Positions 8,539 to 16,291 are shown, counted from the stretch's first letter. The stretch: DNA of 20,000 nt from an uncultured virus (IMG/VR IMGVR_UViG_3300021431_000114) (IMGVR_UViG_3300021431_000114:56141-76140), one strand, 5' to 3'. Made by a program: numbers and translations. Notes: generated from the letters alone by a model not told the origin.

Positions 8539-9129
8539 CTATTTCACTTTTACGTTTTCGTAGCCTGCAAGTGCAGCTTCAATGGCTGCTTTAATTTCTG
8601 CCTGCTGTTCCTCCATTTCGGGCGGGAACGTGACTTCAATCTTCAAGTCCTTTACCTTTTCCTCTTTGGGCTTTTCCTCAAAAAGCTTGTCGATGTCAAC
8701 GTCCTCGTTGCCACCAAGGAAAGAGCAGTCAAGTCCCCAATCCTGCACGTCGCCCGTGTCCCACTCATTGGCAATCAGCTCCCAATCAATGTTACCGAAA
8801 GCCACGTTGTCCTTGATGGTGTACTCGCACAGTTTTTCTACGGGCGTGTCCTGCTTGAACACATAGCAGGGCAGCTCCTTGAAGCCAAGCTCGCGGCAGG
8901 CACGCAGGCGCATGTTACCGCCAATGACTACGTAGTGCCCGTTTTGCAGCGGATAGACAAGCAGCGTGCGTGCTTCCAGCAGCTCGGGCGCGTCCTCAAT
9001 GCTCTTTTTAAGTGCTTCGTAACGCTCGTCCTTTATCCAGCGAGGATTTTTGGGCAGTCCTTCAAGCTGTCCGCTGTTAAGCTCCAGCAGACTGATGTCG
9101 AGCGTCTGATACGGAATGTTGTTACTCAT
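8539..9129 (-). CDS. ParB/Srx N-terminal domain protein (start ATG 9129, MSNNIPY)
   Basis: KNPR, LKKSI, VIGGNMRLRAC and IKDN motifs typical of phage ParB-like proteins found near terminase genes. Confidence 0.85.
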   Translation of the reverse strand: MSNNIPYQTLDISLLELNSGQLEGLPKNPRWIKDERYEALKKSIEDAPELLEARTLLVYPLQNGHYVVIGGNMRLRACRELGFKELPCYVFKQDTPVEKLCEYTIKDNVAFGNIDWELIANEWDTGDVQDWGLDCSFLGGNEDVDIDKLFEEKPKEEKVKDLKIEVTFPPEMEEQQAEIKAAIEAALAGYENVKVK

Positions 9130-9150
9130 GCGTTTTACTTGATTTTGAAA

Positions 9151-9189
9151 TAAACTACGCAAAAGTAAGCAAAACTAAGCAAAATAAGC
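9151..9189 (-). promoter_or_regulatory. Promoter of the ParB-que-packaging operon: -7 box TACTTTTG (9167-9160) embedded in about 10-bp AAAnTAAGC repeats
   Basis: Matches Bacteroidota TAnnTTTG about 30 nt upstream of ATG 9129. Plus-strand units are taaactacgc, aaaagtaagc, aaaactaagc and aaaataagc. Confidence 0.65.
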
Positions 9190-9228
9190 AGATTTTAGGC
9201 TGCTGTGTGTAAACAGTAAACACAACGA

Positions 9229-9528
9229 GGGCGCAAAGCCGTATTGCCTTGCGCCCATACCTAACCTAAATAAACATCTATATTACACCGTGGGAAAAAA
9301 GTTTCTTTGAAAGAAGCGCACACCGCTGTATGCGCTTGAAGCAGTACGTAATGCTTCTATATAGCTTTTGGATAGCTTTCTTTTGGGAGTGCAGTACCGG
9401 CTTCACAGCCAACTGCACGTGTAGTTATTTGCCTATGTTCACAATCTATGAGTTATTATTGATGAAAGGTGTTGCTTCGAAAAAGCAGCTGCGTTTCACA
9501 ACGGGGCTGCTGGTGTATGAATAAAAAG
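9229..9528 (-). ncRNA. Candidate structured sRNA array: four main hairpins separated by unique segments
   Basis: Hairpins at 9229-9256, 9314-9337, 9389-9418 and 9484-9511. G-U wobbles and GUGA tetraloops occur on the minus strand. Segment 9366-9379 is complementary to the repressor mRNA leader. Confidence 0.55.
9480..9511 (-). terminator. Terminator-like hairpin downstream of the DnaA-C-like gene
   Basis: The minus strand reads AGCAGC-CC-CGTT-GTGA-AACG-CA-GCTGCT-TTTT. Confidence 0.5.
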
Positions 9529-9873
9529 TTAATCAGTTCGTTGCTTATTACTAAGCGCGTCTTGTTTGGATTGAAGATAATCGACTATTTTGTTGTAGAG
9601 ATTTGTCGTTACAGCGTCGCGCACTTCCAGATAGCCCTTGTAGTGCTTGGCAACAGTTATAACGTTGGCACGGCTGCGCTTTATCGTTGCTGCTGCATCC
9701 GTTGGGTGTATGCCTGCCAGCTTCGTTACAGCACAGTACAGCCCGCGAGCAAGGTTTACGTCGCGTGACTTCGGTGCATAGACAAGCTGCTCGCTGCTGA
9801 TGTTGCAGACTGCACAAACAGCCTGTGCCACCTGCTCGGAGCTGCAAACAATGTCTAACTTTGGTACTGTCAT
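9529..9873 (-). CDS. HTH DNA-binding protein resembling DnaA domain IV; putative regulator
   Basis: VCAVCNISSEQL...KSRDVNLARGLYC...AATIKRSRANVI follows the Bac_DnaA_C pattern. Confidence 0.7.
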   Translation of the reverse strand: MTVPKLDIVCSSEQVAQAVCAVCNISSEQLVYAPKSRDVNLARGLYCAVTKLAGIHPTDAAATIKRSRANVITVAKHYKGYLEVRDAVTTNLYNKIVDYLQSKQDALSNKQRTD

Positions 9874-9898
9874 TTACGCGTTTTCTGTAATTTTGCGT

Positions 9899-9929
9899 CA
9901 AAGGTAAGCAAAATTAAGCGAAACTAAGC
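9899..9929 (-). promoter_or_regulatory. Promoter of the DnaA-C-like gene: -7 box TACCTTTG (9906-9899) within three 10-bp AAAnTAAGC repeats
   Basis: Plus-strand units are aaaggtaagc, aaaattaagc and gaaactaagc, the same architecture as 9151-9189. Confidence 0.65.
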
Positions 9930-9941
9930 GTAAATAAAGTA

Positions 9942-11114
9942 TTATTTAGTATCATTTAACAAATAGTCTATCACGGCACGGTTGGCTTCGTCCACCTTTT
10001 TATTGCTTGCGCGTATGTACACGCGTGTAACGTTTGCGCCCGAAGTCTGCGAATGCCCAAGCGCACGGCTGATGGTGTCGTCGGGAATATCAAGGTTGTA
10101 CGCAAACGTTGCCCACGTGTGGCGTGCCCAGTACAGCGTAAGGTTATCAATGCCTATGCGCTTGCCCATTTCGCCCAGCCAGTAGTTACATTTGTTGGCG
10201 AACATGTTGTAGCGCGAAACGCTGTCAAACCAAACAAGCAGGTGCTGTTTGCCGCGATACTTGTCAAGGAGTGCCTGCGCTTCCGGCTCAATCTTTATGT
10301 CGTACAGCTTGTGTGTCTTGCTGCGCAAATACTGCAAGCGTCCGTCCGTCGGCTCTGCGAGGTCTGCAAGGTCTGCAACGTTAATACCAATAAGGTAGAA
10401 CGTGAGCAGAAAGCAGTCCTTGTAACGCTGTTCGTGCGCTGCACAAGGCAACGACATGAAGCTGCGCATCTGCTGTAGGCTTAAGCTGCGCTTCTGCGTT
10501 TCCTCGTGCTCCATTTCAAACTTTCGGAAAGGGTAGCACGTAATGGTGTCCTGCTTGATGGCGAAGTTGAACACGGCACGCAGGTTACGGAAGTGTATGC
10601 TGCGCCCGTTGGGCTTCGGGCTGTACTTCATGAGGAACAGCTTGAAGTCATTGAGCCAGCGCACCGTCATTTCCTCAAACGTAAGGCTGTTCCAGTCCGC
10701 AAACTTGCCCACAAGGGCTGCTGTGCGTGCATAAATTCGCTGTGTGCTGCTGTTTTGCTTCAACGCGATAAACTGCTCGTAGGTGTCCCGAAACAAGTGC
10801 GGCAGCTCGTTCTCATCCTCTTTTTGCAGCATGGCTATGATCTGCTTGTCTGTCAGCGAGCGCATTTTGCCGCTTGCCTGCAACTGCAACAGCTTTGTTT
10901 CCGCGTCGCTTTGCCGCTGGCGCAAGACAGCGTTGAGCACCTTGCGGTTTGCCATGTTGACAATCTGCTGCGTCCGCTCGTTCCAGTCCTGCGGCAGCAC
11001 GTCTATCCCGACAGGCACATAGAACGTGTGCTTGCGGGCTACAGCAAGCTTCAGCGGATAAGTGCCGTCCTTGTGCTTGTAACGTGTGTCAAGCCGTACT
11101 GATACCTTTACCAT
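9942..11114 (-). CDS. int: Tyrosine integrase (Bacteroidota type, with arm-binding, SAM-like and catalytic domains)
   Basis: N-terminal LDTR..KDGTYPLKL, then FRNLRAVFN, YLRSKT, YWARHTWAT, ALGH and VTRVY. Adjacent to attP. Confidence 0.93.
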   Translation of the reverse strand: MVKVSVRLDTRYKHKDGTYPLKLAVARKHTFYVPVGIDVLPQDWNERTQQIVNMANRKVLNAVLRQRQSDAETKLLQLQASGKMRSLTDKQIIAMLQKEDENELPHLFRDTYEQFIALKQNSSTQRIYARTAALVGKFADWNSLTFEEMTVRWLNDFKLFLMKYSPKPNGRSIHFRNLRAVFNFAIKQDTITCYPFRKFEMEHEETQKRSLSLQQMRSFMSLPCAAHEQRYKDCFLLTFYLIGINVADLADLAEPTDGRLQYLRSKTHKLYDIKIEPEAQALLDKYRGKQHLLVWFDSVSRYNMFANKCNYWLGEMGKRIGIDNLTLYWARHTWATFAYNLDIPDDTISRALGHSQTSGANVTRVYIRASNKKVDEANRAVIDYLLNDTK

Positions 11115-11148
11115 AGTGTGCCGTAGTCAAAACATAAGGGGCAAATAA

Positions 11149-11175
11149 TTTGCAACTTTTTTGCAACTTTTTCGC
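11149..11175. repeat. Candidate integrase arm-type site: tandem TTGCAACTTT, 11-bp period
   Basis: TTTGCAACTTTTTTGCAACTTTTTCGC, with a near-identical copy at 11360-11385. Confidence 0.8.
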
Positions 11176-11241
11176 CCCAAACAGTCCTAAAATGTCACTC
11201 TTTGCCTGCCTTGCAGCAGCAGCGGTTTTCTTTGTAAATCG

Positions 11242-11297
11242 CGGAGAGACGGGGATTCGAACCCCGGATGCGCTTTTGACGCATACACGCTTTCCAG
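11242..11297 (-). pseudogene. 3' half of tRNA-Ser(GGA), forming the attP identity block
   Basis: The minus strand reads CTGGAAA-GCGTG-T-ATGCG tcaaaag CGCAT-C-CGGGG TTCGAAT CCCCG-TCTCTCCG: anticodon loop, long variable arm, T arm and 3' acceptor strand. The 5' anticodon stem and D arm are absent. Confidence 0.9.
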
Positions 11298-11359
11298 ACC
11301 TATCTACTCCGCTTTCTAATTGGCTGTTAATCAATAAAATAAAAATCGCTTTGCGAGCG

Positions 11360-11385
11360 TTTGCAACTTTTTTGCAACTTTTCGC
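11360..11385. repeat. Candidate integrase arm-type site, second copy
   Basis: TTTGCAACTTTTTTGCAACTTTTCGC, a direct repeat of 11149-11175 on the other side of the tRNA fragment. Confidence 0.8.
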
Positions 11386-12012
11386 TTATTTCAGTGACAT
11401 CAGCATCAGCACTCTATACCATGCGCGAATGTCCTCTTTGGCAATCGTGAAATCGTCAAAGTCGGGGTTGATGCTGCGGCACACTATACGGCTGTCATCC
11501 TCTTTGCAGGGGAACACGTTCTTTACAACTGGGCCGTTTACCGTGTCAAGCTCGTAAGTCCTGCCCCACTCGATGAACGCTGCTTCGTTGATGCGCTTGA
11601 CGAGTATCTTGCAGCCGCTTGGGTATTCGGGAGCCATGCTGTCGCCCGTTATCGTGCTGGCGTGGCTTGCATCCTTTATCGGGCTTACGACCATTTCACA
11701 TTCGTATTCGTGTACCTGTGCTTCAAAGTCCGTAGGACTGCCACCCTGCACACTGATGGGCAGCAGCGGAACATAGACTGCATCATCCTTACCAGCCGCA
11801 AACAAGTGAGCAGGCATCATTTCGCCCTCGCCCGTTTTCAGCCAGTCAGCATTGACTTGCGGGAACTGCTCACGCAGTGCTGCAAGCACCTTTGCGCTCG
11901 GCGACTTCGTATTCTGCGCGTAGGCATTGCTAACGCCGAGCTTCTTCTGTAACTGCGCAACACTTAAGCCAAGCGCATACGCGAGTTTGCTAAATCGTTC
12001 CTTAAAATCCAT
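11386..12012 (-). CDS. CI-like repressor (HTH plus S24 peptidase); likely start ATG 12012
   Basis: N-terminal HTH with VNADWLKTGEGEM, and GDSM (Ser) and VVK (Lys) S24 motifs. Divergent from the early genes. Confidence 0.9.
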   Translation of the reverse strand: MDFKERFSKLAYALGLSVAQLQKKLGVSNAYAQNTKSPSAKVLAALREQFPQVNADWLKTGEGEMMPAHLFAAGKDDAVYVPLLPISVQGGSPTDFEAQVHEYECEMVVSPIKDASHASTITGDSMAPEYPSGCKILVKRINEAAFIEWGRTYELDTVNGPVVKNVFPCKEDDSRIVCRSINPDFDDFTIAKEDIRAWYRVLMLMSLK

Positions 12013-12085
12013 AAAAAAGCTATCCAAAAATCTTAATAATATATAATTTTGTATAGTAATTTATAGGCAAATTTAGTTTTTTATA

Positions 12086-12126
12086 GTAACTTTGCCCTTG
12101 CATTACGTTTACGGGTGCAAAGTTAC
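12086..12126. promoter_or_regulatory. Face-to-face promoters of the genetic switch: TAACTTTG on plus (12087-12094) and on minus (12125-12118)
   Basis: Inverted repeat GTAACTTTGC...GCAAAGTTAC. Both halves match the Bacteroidota -7 consensus. Confidence 0.75.
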
Positions 12127-12168
12127 AAAATTATCTTCAAATTGATATACATTATTAAGTATTTTTAT

Positions 12169-12342
12169 ATGGAAATAACATCAAAACAGGAAAAGCACGA
12201 AGCTGTTTACAACAGATTCAAGCAGCTTTGCAGCGACGGGCTGACGAAAACAGCCGCGACGTACAAGGTAATGTCAGAGTTTAACATCTGCACTCCAACG
12301 ACAGTGAACAACATCCGAAAGAAGTTTGAAGGAGGGAACTAA
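12169..12342 (+). CDS. Small Cro-position HTH-like protein (57 aa, MEITSKQ)
   Basis: First gene divergent from the repressor, with an AT-rich leader and a helical basic sequence. Confidence 0.65.
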   Translation: MEITSKQEKHEAVYNRFKQLCSDGLTKTAATYKVMSEFNICTPTTVNNIRKKFEGGN

Positions 12343-12345
12343 GCT

Positions 12346-12543
12346 ATGACAAGTACAGAACCTAAAGTAAGTGATAGCGGCTGGTACGATACGGGGCAGA
12401 CGGCGCTTGCGCTGGGCGTTGACCGTCGTACTATTGCACGGCACACTGAAAAGGGCTATATCAAGTGTAAAGTAAGGAAGTGTAACAACCGACGCGTGTA
12501 CTCAGGGCGTGAGATAAAACGCTATTGGGGAGCACAGTATTAA
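12346..12543 (+). CDS. Excisionase-like / HTH_17 (MerR-like winged HTH) protein
   Basis: YDTGQTALALGVDRRTIAR...GYIKC...RRVYSGREI pattern. Confidence 0.75.
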   Translation: MTSTEPKVSDSGWYDTGQTALALGVDRRTIARHTEKGYIKCKVRKCNNRRVYSGREIKRYWGAQY

Positions 12544-12616
12544 GTACGACAACTTTATGGACGAGCAAGCAATTTACAATCTTTACAGCGTGCAATGCGC
12601 ACTAAACACAATTGAT

Positions 12617-13414
12617 ATGGCTAAGAGATTTACGGACACGGAAAAGTACAAGAAGCATTTTGTCCGTTCACTCAAAGCACCTTACAAACTGCTGTGGGAC
12701 TACATTCTTTGCGACTGTAACCACGCAGGGATATGGATTGTGGACTTTGAAGCGGCACGAATGTACTTGGGCAAGGACGTTAAGATTTGCGAGCGTGCTG
12801 CACTGGAAGCGTTCAACAAGGACGAAAAGCGCGTCATACCCATTGACTATGGCGAGAAGTGGTTTATCGTTGGCTTCATTGAATATCAGTACGGGGAGCT
12901 TAACCCGCGTAACCGCGTACATGCAAGCGTTATCAAAATGCTGGAACGCTACGGGCTGTGGAAGGACGGCAAGCTCAACGTCGATGTAAGCAACGTGCCC
13001 GTCCGTAAACTTCCGCAACAGAAGCAGCTTGCAGACGCGCAAGAGCAGCAGGAGCAGCAGGAAACGGAGGACGAGCTGCTGGCAGCGGTAACGGACGTGA
13101 AGCCAAAGGGGTACGAGCAGATGAACCTGGACTTCATCAGCGAGGACTTTAGGGACATCTTCTACACATGGCTTGACTACAAGCGTGAACGCAGGGAGCG
13201 TTACAAGACACAAAGCTCGCTGGAAACAGCGTACAAGCGCATGCTTAACTTGGGCAACAGCGACCGCCTGCAAGTACGCCTTGTCGTTGAGCAGAGCATT
13301 GGCAACAACTGGGCAGGGCTGTTTGCGCTGCGTGAAGCTCGCAAGCAGACAAGTACGACAACACACACAACGGACAAAATCAGCGAGGACTATCCAAAAT
13401 GGCAAAAGCGTTAA
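12617..13414 (+). CDS. Putative phage replication initiator (likely start MAKRFTDT; upstream ATG 12557 is possible)
   Basis: N-terminal YKLLWDYILCDCNHAGIW and C-terminal WLDYKRER...VEQSIGNNWAGLF. Overlaps the DnaC-like gene. Confidence 0.7.
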   Translation: MAKRFTDTEKYKKHFVRSLKAPYKLLWDYILCDCNHAGIWIVDFEAARMYLGKDVKICERAALEAFNKDEKRVIPIDYGEKWFIVGFIEYQYGELNPRNRVHASVIKMLERYGLWKDGKLNVDVSNVPVRKLPQQKQLADAQEQQEQQETEDELLAAVTDVKPKGYEQMNLDFISEDFRDIFYTWLDYKRERRERYKTQSSLETAYKRMLNLGNSDRLQVRLVVEQSIGNNWAGLFALREARKQTSTTTHTTDKISEDYPKWQKR

Positions 13415-13983
13415 GCGAGATATTCAACGACCTAAAGGACTTCGGCTTTCAAGTACCCGAACGCTTCTTCTTCAAAGTGCCAAACGCACGCCAAAGGCTT
13501 GCAAAGGGGTTGCAGTATTGGTTGCAGCGCGAGGGAGTGCAGCCGGAATGGCTACCAGAGTACGAACTTGTAGCGGACTGGCTTTCCGACAACAAAGGGA
13601 AAGGGCTGCTGCTTGCAGGAAGCTGTGGACGCGGCAAGACGCTGATAGCAACACGCATCCTGCCCGTGTTCTTTCACGAGTTCAAGCGCGTGTATTCCAT
13701 CTATAACAGCTACGACCTTAACAGCAAGCAGCGCGAGGTTTTTACATCGCACTTCCTTTGCATCGACGACTTGGGCGTTGAAAACGAAAGCGTGCAGTAC
13801 GGAGAGCGTCGCAACGTGTTTGTCGAGCTGATTGACAGTGTGGAAAAGAAAGGAAAGCTGCTGGTAGTGACAACGAACCTAACGCCTACTGAAATTGAAG
13901 AAAAGTACGGTACGCGCACGATTGACAGGCTGTACAGCTGCTGTACGATAGTGGAGTTCAACGGTGCAAGCCTAAGAAAGTAA
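13399..13983 (+). CDS. DnaC/IstB-like AAA+ helicase loader
   Basis: Walker A GSCGRGKT, Walker B LCIDDLG, TTNL and YGTRTIDRL. Confidence 0.88.
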   Translation: MAKALSEIFNDLKDFGFQVPERFFFKVPNARQRLAKGLQYWLQREGVQPEWLPEYELVADWLSDNKGKGLLLAGSCGRGKTLIATRILPVFFHEFKRVYSIYNSYDLNSKQREVFTSHFLCIDDLGVENESVQYGERRNVFVELIDSVEKKGKLLVVTTNLTPTEIEEKYGTRTIDRLYSCCTIVEFNGASLRK

Positions 13984-14012
13984 CATACACCTATTATATA
14001 AATATAAGTAAT

Positions 14013-15944
14013 ATGGCAAAACAAGTAATCATTCAAAAAATGCAGCTGCAAAACTTCAAGAACATTCGCAGCTTGAACTTGGAGTTTGGCACGCACACGA
14101 CAACTGTAAGCGGTACTAACGAGCAGGGCAAAAGCACTGTGTACGACGCTTACTTGTGGTGTCTGTTTGGCAACACGACGCGCAAGAACGACTGCGTGCA
14201 GCCGACGGACAAGAACAACGAGATTGTTCACAAGATTGACACGGAAGTAACCGTCGTGCTGCTTGTGGACGGAGTGGAAACTGTTCTGCGCCGACGCTTG
14301 ACGGAAAAGTGGAAAGCAGAGGGAACGGGCGAGGAAAAGTTCATCAGTGCCGCAATGGAACGCTTCTACAACGACGTGCCTTGCAGCGTGAAGGAGTTTG
14401 AAGCAAAGCTGTCTGCAATCTTTAACCTTAACGGCTGGCTCATGCTTTCCAACATTAAGACGTTCATGCAGCAGAAAATGGAGGACAGACGGCGCATCCT
14501 TGCAAGCATCACGGGCGAGCTTGACACGACGGCACTGCTTGCGGAGTTCCCGCTTGTCAAGGCAGAAGTTGACAAGGGCAAGACGCTGGAAGAACTGCTG
14601 AAACAGACGTTGAGCACGAAAAAGCGTGCGCAAAAGGAAATCGACACGATACCCAAGCAGATTGCAGCACAGGACAACTTGCGCGTTGAAGCGGACTTTG
14701 CGGCACTGCGCACGCAGAAGCAGGAACTTGACACGCAGATTGCCGACATTGAAAAGCTGTTGCAGGCTGATCCTGCGGAGCTTGAAGCAGACAAGCGCAA
14801 CAGAGCGGAGCTGCAAACGCTGGAAACGCAGTTACAGCAGGCACGTAAGAAGTGGCAGGACGAGCACTTTGCCGCATTACAAAAGCTGCGTGTGGCAGTT
14901 ATGAACGCACAAGACACGCTGGGCACTGCTGAAAAACAGCAGCGCAAGTCAGCGGACGCATACAACACGGCACGCAAGAAGCTTAAGGACTTGCAGCAGC
15001 AGTTTGACGAAAAGAAGCAGGCATGGTTTGCAAAGAACGCAGAGGAATTTACGTACACGCCCATCACCGTTTGCGCCTGCTGCGGACAGCCGCTTTCAGC
15101 GGAAGCACAGCAGCGCATGCAGGACAAGGCCGCTACGCAGTTTAACACTGACAAAGCAAACGCACTGCAACAGCTGTACAGCGAGAGCGCACAGCTTAAG
15201 GAGCAGATAGTGGTGCTTGAGAAGCAAGTGAAGCAGTACGAGCAGCAGACGCAGGCAGAGGACACGAAAGCTGTTGCAGACGCGAACACAGCTATTAAGA
15301 CAGCAAAGGATGCCGTTGCTGCGGAGGAACAGCGCACGGTTGACACTGACAACACCGTTGCCGAGATTATAAGCAAGATTGGCGTGCTGCGTGCATCCAT
15401 GCAGAAGCCCGAAATGTCCGCTTCGGAGCAGGAGCAGCATGCGAAGCTTAACGAGCTGAAAGCACAGCGCGACGACATAGTACGCCAGCTTGCAGGGGAG
15501 CAAACAAACGCTAACATCAACAAGGAAAAGGAACGTCTGAACGGTGTCGCACAGCAGCAGTCGCAGATAGTAGCGGACTGTAACGCAGTGCTGGAACAGC
15601 TGCGCAAATACAACCGCAAGGTGCTGGACGCTACGGAAAGCAAGCTGTCACAGTATTTCAAGCTTGCACGCTGGAAGTTCTCGGAACAGAACAAGACCAA
15701 CGACGACGAGCAGCAGGTGTGTACAGCTGTGTATAACGGCATTGAATACGACCGCTTGAACAATGCAGGGCAAGTCAACGTCGGTATTGACATCTGCGAC
15801 GGCATTAAGAAAGCGTTTGGCGTGGAGCTGCCGCTGTTCGTGGATAACACGGAAAGCGTGGAGCACGTGCTGGAAACGCAGTCACAAATTATCAAGCTGC
15901 GCTTTGTACCGGGCGCACAGCTGACAGTAGAAAAAGACGTGTAA
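14013..15944 (+). CDS. Rad50/SbcC-like coiled-coil ATPase
   Basis: LQNFK, Walker A GTNEQGKST, a long coiled coil with central Zn hook CACCGQ, and Walker B LFVDNTES. Confidence 0.88.
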   Translation: MAKQVIIQKMQLQNFKNIRSLNLEFGTHTTTVSGTNEQGKSTVYDAYLWCLFGNTTRKNDCVQPTDKNNEIVHKIDTEVTVVLLVDGVETVLRRRLTEKWKAEGTGEEKFISAAMERFYNDVPCSVKEFEAKLSAIFNLNGWLMLSNIKTFMQQKMEDRRRILASITGELDTTALLAEFPLVKAEVDKGKTLEELLKQTLSTKKRAQKEIDTIPKQIAAQDNLRVEADFAALRTQKQELDTQIADIEKLLQADPAELEADKRNRAELQTLETQLQQARKKWQDEHFAALQKLRVAVMNAQDTLGTAEKQQRKSADAYNTARKKLKDLQQQFDEKKQAWFAKNAEEFTYTPITVCACCGQPLSAEAQQRMQDKAATQFNTDKANALQQLYSESAQLKEQIVVLEKQVKQYEQQTQAEDTKAVADANTAIKTAKDAVAAEEQRTVDTDNTVAEIISKIGVLRASMQKPEMSASEQEQHAKLNELKAQRDDIVRQLAGEQTNANINKEKERLNGVAQQQSQIVADCNAVLEQLRKYNRKVLDATESKLSQYFKLARWKFSEQNKTNDDEQQVCTAVYNGIEYDRLNNAGQVNVGIDICDGIKKAFGVELPLFVDNTESVEHVLETQSQIIKLRFVPGAQLTVEKDV

Positions 15945-15946
15945 CT

Positions 15947-16291
15947 ATGAAAGGAATCAAGCATTTTATAACGCGAGCAATCGCAAAGTTTAACAACAAA
16001 AAAAGTACGACTATGGACGAAAAGAAAACAGAGTTTATGAAAGCAACGGAAGAAGCTTTCATTCAGTTGGCGCAAAAAGCCAAGAGTGATGAAAACAAGG
16101 CAATCGTAGTGATTGCAATCGACAAAGCGGCTGACGGCAAGAGAGGAACGATGACTGCTGTTTGCGGAACGGGCGAAAAGGTTATCGAAGGCATCTTCGA
16201 AGCCATTGAAGATGAACACGCTGGCAAGTTCTTCAAAGAAGCTTACAAACGCAGTGCGCTCGCACACTTATTGGGAGTTCTTTCAAAGTAA
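15947..16291 (+). CDS. Hypothetical protein (start may be the internal ATG at 16013)
   Basis: Fills the gap between the ATPase and RecT-like genes in the same orientation. Confidence 0.65.
   Translation: MKGIKHFITRAIAKFNNKKSTTMDEKKTEFMKATEEAFIQLAQKAKSDENKAIVVIAIDKAADGKRGTMTAVCGTGEKVIEGIFEAIEDEHAGKFFKEAYKRSALAHLLGVLSK

Noticed and set aside
9229..9528. CRISPR array
   Set aside because: The hairpins are not identical repeats, spacer lengths vary widely and there are no cas genes in the window.
9460..9528. Array segments targeting ORF 19012 (ATGAATAAA) and ORF 15947 (ATGAAAGG)
   Set aside because: Exact matches of only 8-9 nt in AT-rich start contexts are too weak to claim, although worth including in a target screen.
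9942..11114. Integrase inactivated because GIN replaces GxR and YxxR replaces HxxR
   Set aside because: Such substitutions, with an RxK motif (YLRSKT), are common in Bacteroidota tyrosine integrases. The ORF and attP are intact.
11242..11312. Complete functional tRNA-Ser gene
   Set aside because: The D arm and 5' anticodon stem are missing. The upstream GCGGAGTAGA only partly complements the acceptor strand and is too close to form a cloverleaf.
11089..11557. ORFs spanning the att region (11089-11334 minus, 11150-11557 plus)
   Set aside because: They are translations of the tRNA fragment, arm repeats and repressor antisense strand, with no protein-like features.
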